Source: a phage
Length of the DNA stretch: 40,608 nucleotides
Sequence record: OZ370878.1
Strand: one strand, 5' to 3'
Below, piece after piece: positions 9,347 through 18,682 of the stretch. The position numbers and the translations under genes were made by a program. Position 1 is the first letter of the stretch. Each line of letters begins with the position of its first letter. Under the pieces are notes generated by a model. The model saw nothing but the letters and a program-made list of their open reading frames with translations. It made no database searches and was not told where the DNA came from.

Positions 9347-11590
9347 TTACTCCTTACGTCCGTAGATGAACTTAGGAGTCTGTTTACGTTTCTCTCGGAC
9401 TCGTTTAGCAGCAGCTTCACGGGCCTTCGTAGCGGCAACTATAGGTGCTCGCTTGTTCACATCAGCCAGAGCCTTCTCACGAGCTTTCTCTTCGAGTTTC
9501 TTCTGGTTCTCACTCCAGACCTTCGAGAGTAACTCTTTGTCGTATCGGACTCTGACTTGACCTGTGGTGTCCATAAGGTAAATGGAGTCACCTTGAGAAT
9601 ACATGGTCAGTTGCTTATTGGTTATCCAAGGGTTGCTCGCAATGATTCCCTTACGTGCTTCCTCCAGAATATCCCGACCTTGCTCCCATGATTTCGGGTC
9701 AGAGTTAACCTGCATCATATTCTTAGGAATCACACCAACGGTATCACCGTCAACATCATCACCAGTGAACGTGTAGGTAGATTCCTTAAGGAACTTGGTC
9801 ATCTGCTCCATAGCCATGCTTTCGTTCCCCGAGCGATACTTAACGGAGTCATAAATCTTACGTGCAGATTCGCGCAGTGACGCTGGCATACGGGCAATCT
9901 CAGGAGCCTTAGATGCATTCAGTGCAGACTCGAATGCTTTATCATCCTCAAAGCGTTGCTCTTTGGACCGCTTAACAGTCAGTCGGTCGGCATCAAGAAT
10001 AACCTGAGGGTCAATACCCTGCTTGTCCATCATGTCCATCGTCAGGAATAGCTCAGCTTGGTCTGGGTATAGCGCAGCAATCAACTGAGGGTCAGCATTG
10101 CGGATTCTGCGCAGAGCATCCATAGCTGGGGTTCGTTCTGGTAACTTACCGTTAATCACAGCGGCAGACCACTCTTGACCAGCGTCAGTGACCATGGTTC
10201 CGATGGCTGTACGGAATGCTCCGTCCTTAGAGTCCGCTTGAAGGTACTTCAACTTCATAGCATCCTTGGCACCGTCTGGAATGTCCATACTGTCAATCTC
10301 AGCGAGCTTCTTATTGGCGTAGTTAACCATATCGCTATGCTTGAACTCACCAGTGTTCTCGTTGACTGGCATATCCTTAAAATCCGTTGAGACCCACTCA
10401 CCGTTGATTCGCTTCTGGAATTGCTTGTCGATTACGTCAAGTTTGTTCATTGACTTCATGGAATCGTCCAGAGCCTTGGCCTGAGCTTTCGTCCATGCGT
10501 TCATCTGATTCTGAACTTGTTCCTGTGCGGAGATTAGCCACTCACGTTGTGGTGTCATCTGCTCATCAGGTTGGACCTTATCTAGTTCAGCCTTGATACC
10601 TTGAAGCATCTCCCAAGCTGTCCTTGGGTCCTCTTGGTTCAGCGCAGAGTTAATCTTCAAGCGATACTGCTCGTTCAGCTTCGCGTCAGTCTCAAACTGA
10701 GAACGTTGTGCTGTGACCATGAGAGCGTTCCACTGTTCCTCACCAATCAACTCTCGGTAAGTCGTAGTGGCTCCGTTAAGTGTTACCTTCTTGTCACCGA
10801 CTCGCATCAGGAAGTCAGCACCACCAGCACGGCTAGAAGCGTCACTGAACGCTTGGCTTATAAGCTGTGTGGCTTGAGCATCAGATGGGATTGCGCCAGT
10901 AACCAGACCGTTGTCGATATACTTCTCAAAGAAGTCAGCAGAGTCTGGACGACGCAGCATATCAGGGTCTTGAAGGACACCGTTGAGTTCCACTCGGCTG
11001 TTCATGATAGCGCCCTTCTGAGCTTGCTGGCTCAAGAAGTTATCATGCGCACCATACAGCGAGATGTTACGCTCGGTAATGTCCCCGTTGAAACCACGCT
11101 GATAATCAACGTCCTCAGGGTCGATGCCGAACTGCTCAGCGTATACCTTAGCGCCCTCTTGAAGGCGACTATGGCGATACTCTTCCATCTCTTCGCGAGT
11201 ACGGAAGACACCCTCTTTTATCTTCTGCATAACGTCATCGTCCACAAGATACGCAGCGTTACGACCAGTCTTGACTCGGAGTGCTTCCATAGCGTATGGG
11301 TCATCCTGATACAGAAGGGTCCCGTTGTTGAGAGCTTCTCGACGTTGCTCAGGGGTCAGCTTACGGATAATCTCGTTAGAGCGTTCATCAGCTAGGTCTC
11401 GTGCTCGTTGTTCCTTAGCGGTATACATATCGGCACCAGCCTTAGCGAACCGACCAATGGTGTCCAATAGGCTTGACCTTGGCTGTTCGGCCTGAGTGGT
11501 TGCTGAACGATAGCCCATACCTCCAGCACCACCACGTAACCGAGAGAGTCCCGGTTGTGCCGCTTGAAGGGCAGATTCAATTTTACTCAT
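9347..11590 (-). CDS. 15: T7 gp15 internal virion protein C
   Basis: 747-aa ORF; matches T7 gp15. Confidence 0.95.
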   Translation of the reverse strand: MSKIESALQAAQPGLSRLRGGAGGMGYRSATTQAEQPRSSLLDTIGRFAKAGADMYTAKEQRARDLADERSNEIIRKLTPEQRREALNNGTLLYQDDPYAMEALRVKTGRNAAYLVDDDVMQKIKEGVFRTREEMEEYRHSRLQEGAKVYAEQFGIDPEDVDYQRGFNGDITERNISLYGAHDNFLSQQAQKGAIMNSRVELNGVLQDPDMLRRPDSADFFEKYIDNGLVTGAIPSDAQATQLISQAFSDASSRAGGADFLMRVGDKKVTLNGATTTYRELIGEEQWNALMVTAQRSQFETDAKLNEQYRLKINSALNQEDPRTAWEMLQGIKAELDKVQPDEQMTPQREWLISAQEQVQNQMNAWTKAQAKALDDSMKSMNKLDVIDKQFQKRINGEWVSTDFKDMPVNENTGEFKHSDMVNYANKKLAEIDSMDIPDGAKDAMKLKYLQADSKDGAFRTAIGTMVTDAGQEWSAAVINGKLPERTPAMDALRRIRNADPQLIAALYPDQAELFLTMDMMDKQGIDPQVILDADRLTVKRSKEQRFEDDKAFESALNASKAPEIARMPASLRESARKIYDSVKYRSGNESMAMEQMTKFLKESTYTFTGDDVDGDTVGVIPKNMMQVNSDPKSWEQGRDILEEARKGIIASNPWITNKQLTMYSQGDSIYLMDTTGQVRVRYDKELLSKVWSENQKKLEEKAREKALADVNKRAPIVAATKAREAAAKRVREKRKQTPKFIYGRKE

Positions 11591-11596
11591 AGCTCA

Positions 11597-12187
11597 TTAC
11601 CTCCCCGTCTTGGTTCCTTTAGCGGCAACAATAGGTGCCTTAGTTGTGGACTTAGAGTCGAACGCACCGGATGCGTAAGCACTCGCAGCGGAAGACCCCA
11701 TGATAGCCAGTGGGTCCAGAACCATCTGTAGCTTACTCTTCTGTTTCTGTTCGCTCTTATAGATTTCGTCAATCTGACTTGCAGCACTTTGAGTACCACC
11801 AAGTTGCTGTGCGAAGATTGCTTGGTAGTCACGGCGATAGTTCTCAGTTACCATATTGGCTTCCCGAATGAACTGTCCTTCTGTGACTCGCTTAATGCGG
11901 TCCATTGAGGAACCTTCAAGCATACTCTCTCCGATAGCCGCTCGGATAGACCCAATAGCTTGGACCTTCTGCATGTTCTGTGAGGTCAACTCGGCGGACG
12001 CTTCCTCAAGTTTACTTCGAGCTTGCAACGATAGGTCAGCATTCTGGATGTTCGTCTGCCTCATGATTTCCATAGCTTGACGACGACCAGCAGCGGTCTG
12101 AGCGGCAATCATTTTGGCCTGAGCGTTCTGACCACTGATAGCCTGAGCGCCAGATATAGCGATAGGTATTGCGGCTGCCCAACACAT
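11597..12187 (-). CDS. 14: T7 gp14 internal virion protein B
   Basis: 196 aa from MCWAAAIPIAISG...; ORF-track start trimmed. Confidence 0.92.
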   Translation of the reverse strand: MCWAAAIPIAISGAQAISGQNAQAKMIAAQTAAGRRQAMEIMRQTNIQNADLSLQARSKLEEASAELTSQNMQKVQAIGSIRAAIGESMLEGSSMDRIKRVTEGQFIREANMVTENYRRDYQAIFAQQLGGTQSAASQIDEIYKSEQKQKSKLQMVLDPLAIMGSSAASAYASGAFDSKSTTKAPIVAAKGTKTGR

Positions 12188-12191
12188 ATGG

Positions 12192-12608
12192 TTATCCTCC
12201 TTTCGTGATTGTAAATAACTGAAATTGACCATCTCGTGTGTACTCTTCATGGAATACCGCACCGATAGTCTTGAGGAAACGAATGTGGGACGTATTGCCT
12301 ACCCATACGTAATTCCAAAGAGTATCATACTTCTCAAGCATCTTATCGCGATACTCCATGATTAACTTACGGAACTTTCGCTTAGCCTTTCCACTAAGTC
12401 GCCACACTTGGTCGCTCGTAACGAACCAGCACTGGTCCCCGCAGTTACCACCGATAGCTAGAGGGAACCCATAGAGACTCAACGTGACACACTCGGAAGC
12501 ATCAGGGAAACTCGGCTCAATACCAGCAGCCTTAGCTTCAAGAATGTCATGGTGAGCCGGAGTGAATACCTCAAAGTCTGTACTTTTAGTAGGTCTTATA
12601 GTCATCAT
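12192..12608 (-). CDS. 13: T7 gp13 internal virion/assembly protein
   Basis: 138-aa ORF; matches T7 gp13. Confidence 0.92.
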   Translation of the reverse strand: MMTIRPTKSTDFEVFTPAHHDILEAKAAGIEPSFPDASECVTLSLYGFPLAIGGNCGDQCWFVTSDQVWRLSGKAKRKFRKLIMEYRDKMLEKYDTLWNYVWVGNTSHIRFLKTIGAVFHEEYTRDGQFQLFTITKGG

Positions 12609-12635
12609 AAGAAAACCCTCCCGTAGTCGTATTGT

Positions 12636-12658
12636 TCTCCCTATAGTGAGTCGTATTA
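12636..12658 (-). promoter_or_regulatory. T7 RNAP promoter phi13
   Basis: Reverse complement of TAATACGACTCACTATAGGGAGA. Confidence 0.9.
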
Positions 12659-12688
12659 ATTTCGAGCCACCACAGGGAGAATATTTAA

Positions 12689-15073
12689 TTAAATACCGGA
12701 ACTTCTCCGTAAGTAGTTACCTTCCCAGCCACACCCAATGATGTTCAGAGGGGTAGTCTCATCTGACAAGATGTATACAGTGTTGAACTTGGCGTTACCA
12801 ACCACAGGGAATCGATATTGTCCGGTCCCTAAGTTCAGTCTCCCAGCCCTCAGAGTGTTAGAGCCTAATCGGGCACCAGCCATTGTGTACTTCCAGTTAG
12901 ACGATTGGTTCTCAACATAAATGTCAAACGTACCAGAGTTCTCGTAGTTAACCCACGCTCGGCGTAACTGTAAGCGCCCAATGTCTTCCGTGGAGGTAGA
13001 CCCGTCGTCGGCAGTCTGCTTGATGAGGAACTTAGAGAACTCATATACGAAGTTAATGTTGAACCCAATGTACACCATGCGTCCCTCCAAGTTACCGCTG
13101 AGTCTCAGCCAAGGGTCGCTATTCCACCCAGCCGTAGGTTGCTCAAACACGGTTATCTTACCATCAGGCTCCAATACAGTAATTTTGCCCCTCCCGAAGT
13201 TTGCACCATAAATTGTTGGAATATGAATAGAGGTAGTGAATGTGTCATCGTTGTATGTTCCACTAGGAATCGTGTATCGAATCTTCATGTCCATAAAGGC
13301 ACGATAGGGTTCTCCCTGTAAGTCAATGGCGTTCTTAGTGAAAGAGATTCTAGCTAGGAACGTATTGAACTCATTGCGAAGAATCACATACATATCTGAG
13401 CTGATACTCTGACAAGCTAGAACCTGTACGTTTTCCCCAAAGTCCCAATGAGACCACGACTGTTGCCTTAACTCTTCGTTCAGGTACGGGAATTTGTACA
13501 TGAAGATTTTACTAGGGTCCCCGTGAGATAGTACCGAACAGAAGTTTTCCGTACCACTTCCGCAAATACTGAACACACCATTAGGGATGTAGTTAGGAAC
13601 GTGTGATGTAATGTCCTCAGCATTCTTAACGGAACTGACATCCTGCACAGCGTAGTACCTGTGGATGGACGTGAAGCTGGACCTCGGACTAGCAAAGTAG
13701 ACATTACGCCCAATCCCAAAAGGTCTCGCTCGGTCCTGTACGTCAAACTGGGTCGTTAGGTTCAACTCAACCGACTTAGATGTGAGAGTACCCGAGGCAG
13801 TCAGGACGAATTGTGCTTCATCGGACCAGATGAGTAACTCTTCTGAGAACGGAACGGCGTACTTAAGGATTGCTATTCGGTTGGTACTCACAGCTACGTC
13901 TATAGGGTCGTCATCACTAAGGTTCGCAATGGACGCAGGGTAGAAGTTGAAGTATTTGGCTGTACGACTCAATATGATGTTCTCCCCACTAAGGAATCCT
14001 AAGCGGTTACGGAAGAAGAACACATCGTTAATACTTGAACCAACAAAAGAAGGCCAAGGGTTGGTGTCAACGTCACCACAAGACTTAGGAGACCACTCAA
14101 GCCACTTGAAGTCGAAATTACCGTCAGCGGCTCGCACAAGAGCGTGTGGCATGGTTTCCCATAGAACTTGGTCCTCAGTGTTCCAACCTAAAGTCTCAGT
14201 CCAAACTTTCCGCTCAGCGTCATACCGAACGTAATACTGGTCGGCAGACTTAGAGGCGTCCCCTACGATTTTCACCATGTAGCCGTTAGGAGCATTAGGT
14301 GGCAGCTTAGAGAACGACTGAGCGTAGTGGGTCACAGGGTTAATCAACTGGTCTGCGTAGCCATCTTTAGTCGTGAAGGAGTCAATCTGTTGACCACTAG
14401 GTGCGGTCACATGGATGAACCCTTGCCCTACATTTACAGTCCAATCAGACAAGTTAGTGCGCATCTGCTTGGCTAACTCTTCAGCTAACCATTGGGCATC
14501 CGTATTGTTTACGTGTTCAGGTTGACTACCATCTGGTATCTTATACTTCGCAACGTCTTTACCGTTAATGTGTACAATTAGTTCCCTACCATACTGACCA
14601 CCACGAACGTTAATCAATCCGTCTTGATTAGGGTTGTAATTCGGTAAGTTGACAGACTTTGTGTTCTTCTGTGCAACAACGTTACGGTTAACGATGAACG
14701 TATAGTCTGCTACAGTAACCATTCGCAGGTCGTTACGTGGATTAGCGGTCTTGATGTAGTTGGAACCGTTAGGATACCTAACTTGCTTCTCGTTACCAGA
14801 AAGGTCGAACACTCGGATTCCGCTACCAGTGAACACAGCGTAATACTGTTCGTGCTCATCTCGGTTAATCAGGTGGATGTACGGAGCTTGACCTAACGCA
14901 CCGTTGTCTCCAAGTGTATTTAAGAAAACAAGAGGTGGACGCTTTTGGAGGCCCTCGGTCTCCGAAGACCAACCGTTAACTTGGCGTGACCCTTGGTCTG
15001 GATAACGAAGGATGTCAGGCTGTTGGCTGATACCACCCTTCAAGTTCTTGATTGATTGGCTAATGAGTGCCAT
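12689..15073 (-). CDS. 12: T7 gp12 tail tubular protein B
   Basis: 794-aa ORF; matches T7 gp12. Confidence 0.95.
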   Translation of the reverse strand: MALISQSIKNLKGGISQQPDILRYPDQGSRQVNGWSSETEGLQKRPPLVFLNTLGDNGALGQAPYIHLINRDEHEQYYAVFTGSGIRVFDLSGNEKQVRYPNGSNYIKTANPRNDLRMVTVADYTFIVNRNVVAQKNTKSVNLPNYNPNQDGLINVRGGQYGRELIVHINGKDVAKYKIPDGSQPEHVNNTDAQWLAEELAKQMRTNLSDWTVNVGQGFIHVTAPSGQQIDSFTTKDGYADQLINPVTHYAQSFSKLPPNAPNGYMVKIVGDASKSADQYYVRYDAERKVWTETLGWNTEDQVLWETMPHALVRAADGNFDFKWLEWSPKSCGDVDTNPWPSFVGSSINDVFFFRNRLGFLSGENIILSRTAKYFNFYPASIANLSDDDPIDVAVSTNRIAILKYAVPFSEELLIWSDEAQFVLTASGTLTSKSVELNLTTQFDVQDRARPFGIGRNVYFASPRSSFTSIHRYYAVQDVSSVKNAEDITSHVPNYIPNGVFSICGSGTENFCSVLSHGDPSKIFMYKFPYLNEELRQQSWSHWDFGENVQVLACQSISSDMYVILRNEFNTFLARISFTKNAIDLQGEPYRAFMDMKIRYTIPSGTYNDDTFTTSIHIPTIYGANFGRGKITVLEPDGKITVFEQPTAGWNSDPWLRLSGNLEGRMVYIGFNINFVYEFSKFLIKQTADDGSTSTEDIGRLQLRRAWVNYENSGTFDIYVENQSSNWKYTMAGARLGSNTLRAGRLNLGTGQYRFPVVGNAKFNTVYILSDETTPLNIIGCGWEGNYLRRSSGI

Positions 15074-15096
15074 TAGAGCCTCCTTATTTATTAATG

Positions 15097-15687
15097 TTAG
15101 CGAGTCAGTAGACCAGAAGTGAACGCATCTCCATCCAGCATATTGTACCCACCGTAGTCCATCTCATACTCCATGCAGAGACGTCTAGCCTCATCTTCCT
15201 CTTCTTGGAGTACACCCTCTACTTCCGGTGCCCCAAAGAATCGGTTGTTGAACTGACGGGAAGCCTTGGTGACAATCCAGTAACGGAAGCACTCAGGCAT
15301 CTCATCGTAGTCGCGGAGACGAATAATGTTCACAGTAATACCAGAGTCAAAGCGGTCTGATTGACTCGTTCGGTCATACACATAGCCACCTCGGTTAACG
15401 TAGATGGATTGACCGGAAGTAGACATTAGGGATAAATAGTCGTCACTGTATACAATCAGGTTGGAGTAAACATCAGGTAGTAGCGTTATGCCTTCCTCAA
15501 TGTTGAACGTCCATCCACGAGATTGAATCTGTCGGTTAATCTTGTTGAGAATACGCCGAGCGTTCGCTGCATCTGCGTTAGCGTCACCTTCCAGCGTTGA
15601 TACCGGAGGTTCACCGATAGACGCCAGAATGTCGTTCACAGCTGATAACTCAGCGGCAGTCTCAACGTTCATATCGTATGAGCGCAT
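15097..15687 (-). CDS. 11: T7 gp11 tail tubular protein A
   Basis: 196-aa ORF; matches T7 gp11. Confidence 0.95.
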
Positions 15688-15702
15688 ATAGTTCCTCCTT
15701 TC

Positions 15703-15752
15703 AGCAAAAAACCCCTCAAGACCCGTTTAGAGGCCCCAAGGGGTTATGCTAG
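15703..15752 (-). terminator. T7 T-phi late terminator
   Basis: Reverse complement of CTAGCATAACCCCTTGGGGCCTCTAAACGGGTCTTGAGGGGTTTTTTG. Confidence 0.92.
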
Positions 15753-15755
15753 TTA

Positions 15756-16453
<698 letters not shown>

Positions 16454-17563
16454 TTATGTAATCCCAGCAGCATTTACGTACTCATGAAGGACCATGTGGT
16501 CACGAGAATTCGGATCCCCGAGCATCACACCTGACTGGAATACGACAGCTCCTGCAGCTTCTGGGCGAAGACCACCGTGGCCCATTGCGTACTTAGCGAT
16601 AATCTGGTCCGCTTGGAAGTTAGCACGGCGAGCGCGCTCCAGAGCCAAGTCACGCAGCTTAACAGTACCTACCGCGGAGCGGTGCATGAACAGGCCGATA
16701 ACGTTGTCCTTAGCAACCTTGACATTACCCTCACCTTTATTGGCAGGGAAGACGTGCTTCTGACCAGTAGTGCCCTCACGAGCGGTACCAGCACCACCAG
16801 CGGTGAGGTGCGGAACTTCTACAACCTCAAAGCCCATAACGTTGCGGATAGAACCCTTCTCAGGGTCAATCAGAGCAGCGTAGTTTGCTGCGTTCGGCAT
16901 CAGTGCTGCCAGAATCGCAGAGTAGCTATCTGGGTCACAGTAGAACACACGGTCAGCAGCCGGAACATAGTTCTTGGTCAGAGCCGCACGAGCCTTAGTC
17001 AGAGCCGCAATAATCTCCTTACCCAGCGCAACTTGGTCGGTAAGTGCGGCCTTGTTCTGAGTGGTCTCAATTACGGTAGCAGTACCTAAGCCCTCGATGT
17101 TCTCATTATATTTGCTTTCCACGTTACACAGACCGGCAATCTCAGCCAGAACCGCACCATCCGCAGCCATCGCCAGAGATTCACCCAACTGAGAGGTATA
17201 CTCAGAGCGAACGTCGTAGTGGTTCATCGCGTCCTCAATATCATAAATCAGAACGTCAGCCGTCAGGAGACCGTCAATGGTGATTACCTTCTCGGTGTGT
17301 TTGATGTCCTTACGTTTATCGTCGAGGTTCTCGCCCGGAGCCAGATACGCTGCCTGAGTGCGACCCAGAACAGGGAACTGAGCGGATTTACCGCTGGAGA
17401 TGGAACGTACCATGTGGCGAGAAGTGGTCACGGAGGTACGAGCGAACGCAGTCAGGACTTCACCGCCAAATACCTTCAAGAACAACGCCAGTTTATCTCC
17501 AGCAGCAACTACACCTTTACCTTGGTTAGTACCCATTTGCTGTCCACCAGTCATGCTAGCCAT
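16454..17563 (-). CDS. 10: T7 major capsid protein gp10 (residues 1-348, read-through form) fused to GFP11 tag
   Basis: 369-aa ORF MASMTGGQQMG...AAGAVVFQSGVMLG-DPNS-RDHMVLHEYVNAAGIT then TAATAA. Confidence 0.97.
   Translation of the reverse strand: MASMTGGQQMGTNQGKGVVAAGDKLALFLKVFGGEVLTAFARTSVTTSRHMVRSISSGKSAQFPVLGRTQAAYLAPGENLDDKRKDIKHTEKVITIDGLLTADVLIYDIEDAMNHYDVRSEYTSQLGESLAMAADGAVLAEIAGLCNVESKYNENIEGLGTATVIETTQNKAALTDQVALGKEIIAALTKARAALTKNYVPAADRVFYCDPDSYSAILAALMPNAANYAALIDPEKGSIRNVMGFEVVEVPHLTAGGAGTAREGTTGQKHVFPANKGEGNVKVAKDNVIGLFMHRSAVGTVKLRDLALERARRANFQADQIIAKYAMGHGGLRPEAAGAVVFQSGVMLGDPNSRDHMVLHEYVNAAGIT
16457..16504 (-). other. GFP11: GFP11 (M3) tag coding segment, 16 codons RDHMVLHEYVNAAGIT
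   Basis: C-terminal 16 aa of the gp10 fusion match the GFP strand-11 complementation peptide. Confidence 0.95.
16505..16516 (-). other. Cloning scar GGATCCGAATTC (BamHI/EcoRI) encoding DPNS linker
   Basis: Adjacent restriction sites directly after gp10 codon 348. Confidence 0.85.
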
Positions 17564-17620
17564 ATGTATATCTCCTTCTTAAAGTTAAACAAAATTATTT
17601 CTAGAGGGAAACCGTTGTGG
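17564..17620 (-). promoter_or_regulatory. Gene 10 leader and ribosome binding site
   Basis: GGGAGACCACAACGGTTTCCCTCTAGAAATAATTTTGTTTAACTTTAAGAAGGAGATATACAT ATG. Confidence 0.9.
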
Positions 17621-17643
17621 TCTCCCTATAGTGAGTCGTATTA
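17621..17643 (-). promoter_or_regulatory. T7 RNAP promoter phi10
   Basis: Reverse complement of TAATACGACTCACTATAGGGAGA. Confidence 0.93.
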
Positions 17644-17656
17644 ATTTCGAAGTCTA

Positions 17657-18580
17657 TCAGAAGTTCGAATCGATTACTTTCTGTTCGACTTGACGACGAT
17701 AGTTGGCATCTGTGCGATACCGAGGGTCACTCATAGCTTTAATCATCTCGCTACGGTCCGCAAAGCCTTCACGCTTGGTAGCCTGAGGTTTAGCCGGAAT
17801 AGCACGATTAGTCACACTACGAGTTGGCTTACGACCGAACGCCTTAGCGCGAGACTCACCAGCCAAGTTGATGATAGCCTTAACGGTCGCTAAGTCACGA
17901 CTGGTCAACGCATTATCCAGCGACTGTGCAGCCTCAGGGTTGTGCGTCTCAAGGTGGTTATACAGTGCATCAAAACGTTCACGACCACCAGCGTACTCAA
18001 TGACACTGTTTACGTACTGCTCCACCAGAGCTTCTTGACCACGGATATACGAGTCAATGAAAGCCTTCGTGTAGCCAATTTCAGCCAGCTTAGCGTAGGA
18101 CTCGGCGGACAACTCTTCGTTCTCCTCGTACTCACGCTGGGTAGCCTCAATGGTCTCGACACTCATGCCACGCTCAGCAGCAATGTTAATCATCTCTTGG
18201 AAGCCCTCTTCGTGCTCACCAAGTTGCTCAGAGGCAGCTACCAGTTCTTCTGGAGTCTCGCCCAGTGGGGTAAACTCTTCGGAACCTTCGGTGCCCTCAA
18301 CGCCTTCTTCTCCAGTGTCCACATCGGTCGGCTCAGAGCCATCACCGATACGAACCTGAATGCGGCCTTCGTCATCCTCTTGACCGAACGGGTCAGAGTT
18401 GTCATACAGGTCACGTTCTGTTTCCACTTCGTCTGACGCTAACTCGATTGCATCATCGCCATCACGGGCAGCAACATCAAGAGCCAGCATGTTCTGCTCA
18501 TGTTCCTCAACGGAACCACCAGACATCACAGCGGAGTTCACGCCAAAAGATGCATATACGTCTGCATTAGATTCAGCCAT
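17657..18580 (-). CDS. 9: T7 gp9 scaffolding protein
   Basis: 307-aa acidic ORF; matches T7 gp9. Confidence 0.95.
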   Translation of the reverse strand: MAESNADVYASFGVNSAVMSGGSVEEHEQNMLALDVAARDGDDAIELASDEVETERDLYDNSDPFGQEDDEGRIQVRIGDGSEPTDVDTGEEGVEGTEGSEEFTPLGETPEELVAASEQLGEHEEGFQEMINIAAERGMSVETIEATQREYEENEELSAESYAKLAEIGYTKAFIDSYIRGQEALVEQYVNSVIEYAGGRERFDALYNHLETHNPEAAQSLDNALTSRDLATVKAIINLAGESRAKAFGRKPTRSVTNRAIPAKPQATKREGFADRSEMIKAMSDPRYRTDANYRRQVEQKVIDSNF

Positions 18581-18659
18581 TATTATTGTCTCCTTAAAGT
18601 TGAACTACAGGAAGACCGAGGACTCCAACCTCTTGTCATCGCTCATTTCAAAGATGAGG

Positions 18660-18682
18660 TCTCCCTATAGTGAGTCGTATTA
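18660..18682 (-). promoter_or_regulatory. T7 RNAP promoter phi9
   Basis: Reverse complement of TAATACGACTCACTATAGGGAGA; overlaps gene 8 stop. Confidence 0.9.

Noticed and set aside
10601-11395. Long plus-strand ORFs in the track (for example 10601..11395, 16577..17089, 22454..22993, 24798..25331)
   Set aside because: Each lies antisense to a well-supported T7 gene. T7 is transcribed from one strand only, and none has a ribosome binding site, promoter or recognisable protein family.
11597-12262. ORF-track starts that extend upstream of the canonical T7 start codons (for example gp14, gp8, gp18, gp4A, gp3, gp2, gp4.7)
   Set aside because: The extensions run through the preceding gene or intergenic region in frame by chance. 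The remembered T7 N-termini and upstream Shine-Dalgarno sequences support the internal starts used in the feature table.
12738-13321. Clusters of short plus-strand ORFs inside gene 12
   Set aside because: They are antisense to the tail tubular protein gene and have no translation signals.
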